Shown here piece after piece: positions 35,932-42,139 of a DNA stretch of 42,139 nucleotides. The stretch's first letter is position 1, and each line of letters starts with the position of its first letter. The notes beneath the pieces are model-generated. The model was not told the origin of the DNA and made no database searches. It worked only from the letters and a program-made list of their open reading frames with translations. The DNA comes from Nitrososphaerota archaeon (GTDB lineage: Archaea > Thermoproteota > EX4484-205 > JAAOZP01). The stretch is from NCBI GenBank assembly GCA_011605725.1, contig JAAOZP010000002.1:1-42139 (forward strand), in the 5' to 3' direction. The translations under genes were made by a program, and so were the position numbers.

Positions 35932-38364
35932 TCACTCTAAAACTATTTTCAACGTGCATATTTCGTAAGGGTTTAAAGAGAGCTTCAACCCGTTCGCGTA
36001 AACCCCTACTTCCTCAAGAACCTCGTCTTCAAGAAGATTCGTCTTAAAAGCTTTTTTCAACGTCTTGTCAAGGTTTAACAGGATTTCGCAACTGTTTCTC
36101 ACCCCAGTATGCTGGAAGAGTCTTAATACTAGGCTTTCACCGTCCTCCGCCTTCTTAACGCATTCGATAATCGCACTCTCAGGCTTCACGCTGATGAAGG
36201 AGCCGGTTTTACTTAAAACTCCGCCATGCTTTCTTTCCAAGCGGAGCAGTAAAGGGTTGCTAAACTCGTAGCTTTTTTGCACAACGCTACTCGTCTTCCA
36301 CTCTCCCACATGCGGGTAGAGAGCATACTTTACCACATGCCTCCCGTTATCCGTGTTGTATGATGGTTCAGTCGGGCTCCTGAGCAGGGTTAAGCGTAAA
36401 ACATTATGCTCTGAATCATACCCGTACTTTGCATCGCTTAGAAGAGCAACACCGTAACTACCGTCGGCTTCAGACATGTCGATCCATTGTTGAAACGGCT
36501 GTTCCTCCCCATTCGGAATCCTCGTTGCACTGCCATACGGTATCCCCACGTTCAGCAGTGGGCTAGTTATGTTTAGGGGGAACTCTACTTTAAGAGCGGT
36601 GTGAACCTCGTTCCAGTCTACTGTAAGACTGAAATCTATGCGTCTGATTCTTGAATAAGCAGCAACCTCCTGTACGTATGTTGAGTTACCGTAGGCTTTT
36701 TTAACGGTTAACTTAGCCCTTACAGGCCCATTCTCCGCAACCCTAATGCTTCCCTTGGATTCAATCTTCCTTGCTATTCCTGTAAACCTGTTCGGCCTGT
36801 CTACCCCTGGAGTAAGCCTGCCCTCAGAGTCCCCCGGGTCTTCAATCAACTTGAGGACATTACCATGATTGTTTTCCTCAAGCAATTCCCTAAGGTTCTC
36901 CCTGTCAAAAACGCTTTCTAAGTCTCCTGTTGTTCCGCATACCCTGATCCTGAAGAAGCGGTTTTCCAATTCGTTGCCTGATGCTTTAACAGGGCTTGTT
37001 TCATAAACGTTCCCATTGGCAGGGACTACTCTGTAAACCTTGTATCCTAATGGCGGAACGTTTTCAGCTATGAAAATAATCTTTAAACATCTTTCCCCCT
37101 TCTCATCGCAACATTCTGTTGTTTGAATCGGGACCGTTGCTCCATCAGGATCTTCAAGCCTAACGTTCTTCCAGCCTTCTGGAAGATTGAGCTCCGTTTC
37201 AACTATATCAGTTCTGCTCCAGGACAGGCTGTTGAACACTATGATGCTGAGCTCACTGTCACTGGTGTCTATGAGAGAGGAGATTTCCTGTAGGGCTTTC
37301 TCCAAGACTTCTCCAGCTGTTCTTAAAACAGCTTCATAGGCCTTGCCAGCCTCTGCCTGAACCGATGGAATGACGCTTCCTCCGATTATATCGTGAAACT
37401 GGTTGAACAGAACCTTCTCCCAGGCGGAGTTCAACTCAGACTGTGGATATTTCATTCCCGCGATGAGCATCGCAATCGAAGAGAATTTCTCCGCAGCCAG
37501 AAGTTTAACCTCGCTTAAGCGATTCCCCTCCTTCAACCTGGCGCAATTAGTTAGATCTCCTGCAAGCTCCCAGTCTAATTCTCTCTTTAAAACCGGGAGG
37601 CCGCTAGCCTCCTTCGACAAGGATTCGAAGAACTGATGGGGCGTGCTAAAACGGATCTCTATCTCTGGCTTCAAAGCATCTTTAACCTCCTGGATGTTCT
37701 GTATCTCCTGATAGGTCGGTCCTCCACCATGGTCGCCGCTTCCAACAATCATCGGAATGTTTTCAACACCATATCTTCTCCGTGTTTCATCAACCAGTTC
37801 CCGGATTTCCGGAAACGGTCTATATGCGAACGACCCCCTTAGAGGCCTACACGCTAGGATTCGTGAACCATCAGGAGCCTCCCACCAGAATAAGTCCTCC
37901 CCTATGCTCCCCCTGTAGAAAACCAGGTAGTTTATGCCGCTTTTCCTAAGTATCTGCGGAAGCTGCCACGGGATAGTCCAGCTGTCAGGTAACCATCCAA
38001 CCCTAACCTTAGCCCCGAACCTTCGCGTGAAATACCTCTGTCCAAAGAGATACTGTCTAACTAGAGATTCTCCACAAGGCTCGCCGCCTTCAAACTCGAC
38101 GTATGCGCCGCCCACGACATCCCAACGTCCCTCCTTAACATGCCTAACTATTTCGGAAAACAGTTCCGGCAAGAATTCTTCAGCAGCCTTGTACAGGGCT
38201 GCTTGGCTCTGCGCGAAAGTATAAGCTTCATGCATTTTAAGATTGTCAATCGCCCTGATGAAAGTCAGCTTAACACAGTCGTGGATTGTTTCAGGGTAGT
38301 ATGGCCAGAGCCATGCGACATCGATGTGTGACTGGCTTATCACGTGCACCACTGGTTTTCCCAT
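35932..38364 (-). CDS. GH38 alpha-mannosidase
   Basis: SHIDVAWLW, GESLVRQ, WLPDSW, GDHGGGP, NQFHDIIGGS, FNSLSW.R and LTLLRS. Confidence 0.95.
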   Translation of the reverse strand: MGKPVVHVISQSHIDVAWLWPYYPETIHDCVKLTFIRAIDNLKMHEAYTFAQSQAALYKAAEEFLPELFSEIVRHVKEGRWDVVGGAYVEFEGGEPCGESLVRQYLFGQRYFTRRFGAKVRVGWLPDSWTIPWQLPQILRKSGINYLVFYRGSIGEDLFWWEAPDGSRILACRPLRGSFAYRPFPEIRELVDETRRRYGVENIPMIVGSGDHGGGPTYQEIQNIQEVKDALKPEIEIRFSTPHQFFESLSKEASGLPVLKRELDWELAGDLTNCARLKEGNRLSEVKLLAAEKFSSIAMLIAGMKYPQSELNSAWEKVLFNQFHDIIGGSVIPSVQAEAGKAYEAVLRTAGEVLEKALQEISSLIDTSDSELSIIVFNSLSWSRTDIVETELNLPEGWKNVRLEDPDGATVPIQTTECCDEKGERCLKIIFIAENVPPLGYKVYRVVPANGNVYETSPVKASGNELENRFFRIRVCGTTGDLESVFDRENLRELLEENNHGNVLKLIEDPGDSEGRLTPGVDRPNRFTGIARKIESKGSIRVAENGPVRAKLTVKKAYGNSTYVQEVAAYSRIRRIDFSLTVDWNEVHTALKVEFPLNITSPLLNVGIPYGSATRIPNGEEQPFQQWIDMSEADGSYGVALLSDAKYGYDSEHNVLRLTLLRSPTEPSYNTDNGRHVVKYALYPHVGEWKTSSVVQKSYEFSNPLLLRLERKHGGVLSKTGSFISVKPESAIIECVKKAEDGESLVLRLFQHTGVRNSCEILLNLDKTLKKAFKTNLLEDEVLEEVGVYANGLKLSLNPYEICTLKIVLE

Positions 38365-38474
38365 TCTCAGTGCCTTTTCAAATGCTTGACGAATTAAAAA
38401 CGTTTGCGGACTCTCACTATCTTGATGCGAGCGTAAAACTTTTACGCGGGTCTCGCAAGAGAGGAAGAAGAGTT

Positions 38475-39734
38475 ATGGTTTCAGATGGTTTGAAAACCGG
38501 TTCCTCCTCGGCAGAGATAGCATGTGACGAATCGATGGTTATCGCTGGCGGGATACATCCTAGGCTTGCCTCCGGCAGGGATGGAAGCATAAGGGCTTCC
38601 GCGTTAATAATTGAAAAAGACGATAGGGTTTGCATCGTTTCATGCGACGTGCTGGCGCTTCAGAGAGATTTATGCGACGAGCTTTGCCGAGAGATTGAGG
38701 AGAAATTCGGAATCCCGTTTGAAAATATTCTCATAACCGCCACCCATACTCATCATGCACCGTCAACCGTGACTATACACGCATACGGGAGAGACGAGCT
38801 GTTTGTTAAGAACGTTAAGCAGGCTGTTTTAAAGGCTGTCGACTCAGCCACTCATAGTTTGAAAAGCGTTGGGATGAGTTTTTGGCTTGGGATCGAATCA
38901 ACCGTCGGCCAGAATAGTCGCCTCCTCCTTTCAGACAATACGATATATTGGGTTGGGCCTAGGGACGACGCGTTAAGACCCACAGGTCCTTTCGACCCAG
39001 ATCTTCCGGTTATTCTTTTTAAAAAGGAGGATGGAAACTCAGAGGCTGTTGTTTTCAACCATTCTACTCACAACATTGGCTCGATAAATCCTGGAGCTGT
39101 TTCCCCAGGATTCTATGGTCTGGCTGCTCAAGAACTTGAGGAGGAGGCTGGCGGGAATTTTCTGTTCCTCCCTGGAGCCTCAGGCTCGACGCACAACCTT
39201 GTTTTGCCGACGGACGAGATGATCCTGAGAATAAAGAATGCTATCAGGGAAGCCATGCTTCAGGCTAAGCCCAGAACAGTTCAACGCATAGTGTCAGTGA
39301 AGAAGGAGTTCGAGTATCACGTTAGAAGGTTTAACGAGGAGAAGGAGGAGAAAGCCGTGTCATACTATTGCAAAAAGAGGGTTGATAATCCTGAACCAGT
39401 AATAGAAGTATTCCGGAGAATGCGGAGGGAACTGTCTACACATCAGGGAGAGACGCGCAGATCATGGCTGCAAACAATTCTTCTCGGAGACATAGCTTTG
39501 GTAGGAGTCCCTGGAGAACTGTTTACGAAGCTTGGAATCATCATGAAGCGCCTTTCCCCCTTCCGCTACACTTTCATAATACAGCTTGCTAATGATTGGA
39601 TAGGTTACATTCCGGATAAGCAGGCTTACGAGCTCGGCGGCTATCAGACATGGACGGGTTTCCACAGCTATGTGGAGAAAGGAACGGACGAGATGCTGGT
39701 GGAGAAAACTGTTCAGATGCTGCACAACTTGTAG
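38475..39734 (+). CDS. Neutral/alkaline ceramidase-superfamily amidohydrolase
   Basis: ITATHTHHAP, GPFDP, NHSTH, PGELF, LANDWIGYIP and GGYQ. Likely start MVSDG at 38475. Confidence 0.75.
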   Translation: MVSDGLKTGSSSAEIACDESMVIAGGIHPRLASGRDGSIRASALIIEKDDRVCIVSCDVLALQRDLCDELCREIEEKFGIPFENILITATHTHHAPSTVTIHAYGRDELFVKNVKQAVLKAVDSATHSLKSVGMSFWLGIESTVGQNSRLLLSDNTIYWVGPRDDALRPTGPFDPDLPVILFKKEDGNSEAVVFNHSTHNIGSINPGAVSPGFYGLAAQELEEEAGGNFLFLPGASGSTHNLVLPTDEMILRIKNAIREAMLQAKPRTVQRIVSVKKEFEYHVRRFNEEKEEKAVSYYCKKRVDNPEPVIEVFRRMRRELSTHQGETRRSWLQTILLGDIALVGVPGELFTKLGIIMKRLSPFRYTFIIQLANDWIGYIPDKQAYELGGYQTWTGFHSYVEKGTDEMLVEKTVQMLHNL

Positions 39735-39963
39735 TCTAAAAACCATCCGGCTTCCAGATGGTTACCAGGAAGATTGAAAAGGCTTTGAAAGATGCGAGAA
39801 AGTGTTAACATTAGTGTTTAAGCTTCTTAGTTAGCGTCATAATGTCCTTTAATCGCGATAAGAATTGCATGCACATTAAGCTGCTGACTTAGATTTTTAC
39901 TTTTCATGAACTGTTGCGTAAATCTTAAATAAAATGAATACGGAATATCTGTCGGTGTGCCTT

Positions 39964-42139
39964 ATGGTTAAGGCTGAAGTGAGGGTTTTAAAAGGCGGAC
40001 CAGCCCTTTTCATAGATGATAAGCCTGTTTTCCCAATGCTTCACTGGATTCATCCTCCTCCTACGGAAGGCGACTGGGTTGAAAAGGAGTCTGTTAAGGA
40101 TTTTGCCAAAGCAGGTGTTCATCTTTACACTTTCGGAGTGAACATTGGGGATTTTGTCAACCTATGGAAAGGAGAAGGCCTTGTGACGAATGCTAAGGAT
40201 AGTAAGAAAGCATTAGCAGTCTCGTTCAGTCCTCAAAAGGAAGGCTATGAATATGATTTCTCAAAACTTGATAAGCAGATTGAAAGATTGTTAGAAGTGG
40301 ATTCAAACGCTTATGTGCTTTTAAGGGTGGGTTTAGAGATGCTGGGCCCCGAAAACTTTTGGTGGCGCCAGAGGAACCCTAGAGAACTGGAAATTTACAG
40401 TGATGGGAGAGCCGAAACCCAATCATACGCTTCAGGAAAATGGCTCCAAGACTGCTCGAGCTTTTTAACTTCTCTCATACATCATCTGAGAACTACGGAC
40501 CCGGGTTTAAGGGTTATTGGAATCCATCCTTGCGCGGGCCATGCGGGTGAGTGGGTAAAGGAAAGCGCTATGGAGGGTTATGCTACGGACTACAGTGAAG
40601 TTATGAGAGATGCTTTTAGAGCTTGGCTGATCACAAAGTATGGAAGCTTGGAGGCTCTCAGGAAAGCTTGGAACGATCCTTACATACATTTCAACAATAT
40701 TGAAGTCCCATCGCCCGAAGAACAGGTAAACGCTGATCTCTATCACTTTAGAGATCCTTCAAAGGGGAGAAAAGTCATAGATTACTTCGAGTTTCTGTCA
40801 GACATTACTGCCAACGATATCACCCATCTCTGTAAGACTATTAAAGAAGCTAGTAACTTTGAGATGCTTGCAGGCGTATTCTACGGATACTTGATGGAAT
40901 TATCCTGGTCTAACTGGTTCTTCGATCAGGGTAGAAACATGGCGTATTCTGCTTATCAAAGATCTGGACACTTGGCTCTAAGCAAGGTGCTGGCCTCGTC
41001 TTACGTGGACTTTATTGCAAGCCCCTACAGCTACGGGTTCCGCGGAATAGGAGGTGACTCAGCAGTAATGTCGATAACGGAATCAATAAAGCTCCATGGA
41101 AAACTATATTTTATTGAAGATGATACTCGTACGCATCTCTCACCGTCTGATTCGAAGTACGGCAGGGCGAAAAACGCGGAGGAAACAGTGTCCTTACTGA
41201 CTCGAACCTTTGGCCATGTTTTAACGAGGTCATGCGGAATATGGTATGGAGGCTACTACCGGGATGAGGAAGTCATGACCACTATATCCCGCTTCATGAA
41301 AGCGGGAGAGAAGAGCCTAGGGTTGAACAGGTCCCCAGCCAGCGAGGTGGCTCTTATCATAGATGAAAAGAGCTTCATCTACGAGAAGATGGTTAAGAAT
41401 CTTGACTGGCCCCTCGTTTACTGGCAGAGGCATCTAGGCCTATCAAGAATGGGAACACCCTATGATATTTATCTATTGAACGACCTGGATAAAATGCCTA
41501 GTCAATACAAGTGTTACATATTCCTGAATACGTTTCATCTGGATGATGTGCAACGCGACCTGATAAAGAAGGTAACGCGTAGAGATGGGAAGACATCTGT
41601 TTGGATGTATGCTTCAGGTCTGATAAACCGTGACGTTTCGGCAGAGAACATGGAAGATATTACTGGGATAAAGTTTAGCCTAGACTTGACAGAGTGGGGT
41701 GTAACCATGTTGATCACTGGTTTCGACCATCCCATAACTAGGGATTTACCGGCTGACACGATTTTCGGAACAGATCTCCATGTGGGGCCGATACCGTATG
41801 TCGAGGATCCGAATGCGGTGGTTCTCGGAACCATTGTCTATAATAGGGGTATGTGCGTGCCGGGAATGGCTGTTAAAGAGTTCAGCGAATGGAAATCAAT
41901 CTACATAGGTGCTCCGAACGTGCCGTCGAATGTACTCCGCTCAATCGCAAAATATGCTGGAGTCCACATATATAGCTACTCTGACGATGTATTGTATGCG
42001 GGTAGAAACTTCGTCTGCATTCATGCTGTTAAACCAGGTGAGAAGCGAATACGTCTTCCAAGGAAAAGCGATGTATATGAAATTATTAAAAACAGGCTGG
42101 TTGCAAAAGAGGCGACTGAGTTCTTTGAGGTTTTCAAGA
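39964..42139 (+). CDS. GH42-like beta-galactosidase/TIM-barrel glycosidase (truncated at the window end)
   Basis: Not in the ORF track. Reads MVKAEVRVLKGGPALFIDDKP, then GEW, DYS...AFRAWL..KYGSLEALRKAWND, GVFYGY, SPYSY and EDDTRT, with no stop seen before the window end. Confidence 0.8.
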   Translation, partial: MVKAEVRVLKGGPALFIDDKPVFPMLHWIHPPPTEGDWVEKESVKDFAKAGVHLYTFGVNIGDFVNLWKGEGLVTNAKDSKKALAVSFSPQKEGYEYDFSKLDKQIERLLEVDSNAYVLLRVGLEMLGPENFWWRQRNPRELEIYSDGRAETQSYASGKWLQDCSSFLTSLIHHLRTTDPGLRVIGIHPCAGHAGEWVKESAMEGYATDYSEVMRDAFRAWLITKYGSLEALRKAWNDPYIHFNNIEVPSPEEQVNADLYHFRDPSKGRKVIDYFEFLSDITANDITHLCKTIKEASNFEMLAGVFYGYLMELSWSNWFFDQGRNMAYSAYQRSGHLALSKVLASSYVDFIASPYSYGFRGIGGDSAVMSITESIKLHGKLYFIEDDTRTHLSPSDSKYGRAKNAEETVSLLTRTFGHVLTRSCGIWYGGYYRDEEVMTTISRFMKAGEKSLGLNRSPASEVALIIDEKSFIYEKMVKNLDWPLVYWQRHLGLSRMGTPYDIYLLNDLDKMPSQYKCYIFLNTFHLDDVQRDLIKKVTRRDGKTSVWMYASGLINRDVSAENMEDITGIKFSLDLTEWGVTMLITGFDHPITRDLPADTIFGTDLHVGPIPYVEDPNAVVLGTIVYNRGMCVPGMAVKEFSEWKSIYIGAPNVPSNVLRSIAKYAGVHIYSYSDDVLYAGRNFVCIHAVKPGEKRIRLPRKSDVYEIIKNRLVAKEATEFFEVFK

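Noticed and set aside
3419-41834. Numerous antisense or nested ORFs in the track (e.g. 3419-3937, 10876-11394, 25099-25533, 31942-32409)
   Set aside because: Shadow ORFs of well-supported genes on the opposite strand or in another frame.

Overview
A 42-kb metagenomic contig end from an archaeon, probably of the TACK/Thermoproteota group (inferred from the archaeal-type topoisomerase IB, BRE/TATA promoters, GGTGA Shine-Dalgarno sites and archaeal AlaDH). Bases 1-19 are an untrimmed Nextera/Tn5 adapter. A short housekeeping block (topoIB, UDG, flavodoxin, TldD, guaB) is followed by a large carbohydrate-catabolic region (GH4, GH38, GH172, a GH42-like enzyme, CE7, xylB, epimerases, glycosylasparaginase). 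Three things stand out. (1) A compact archaeal RiPP-like operon: an unannotated 44-50 aa precursor with a YEAPKV leader motif and a Cys-free His/Tyr/Asp-rich core, an RRE-radical SAM-SPASM maturase and an ABC-2 exporter (10086-13563). (2) A three-gene membrane machine: two OPT-like paralogues around a 1533-aa degenerate-M28/FtsX fusion, with no ATPase, lying between a glycosylasparaginase and an alpha-mannosidase (26318-38364). (3) A mosaic segment (about 18.1-25.1 kb) punctuated by the palindrome TAGCGCGCGCTA, containing a VapBC pair, stand-alone genes and decayed fragments of guaB and xylB homologues. All protein calls come from motif recognition by eye; no database searches were run.
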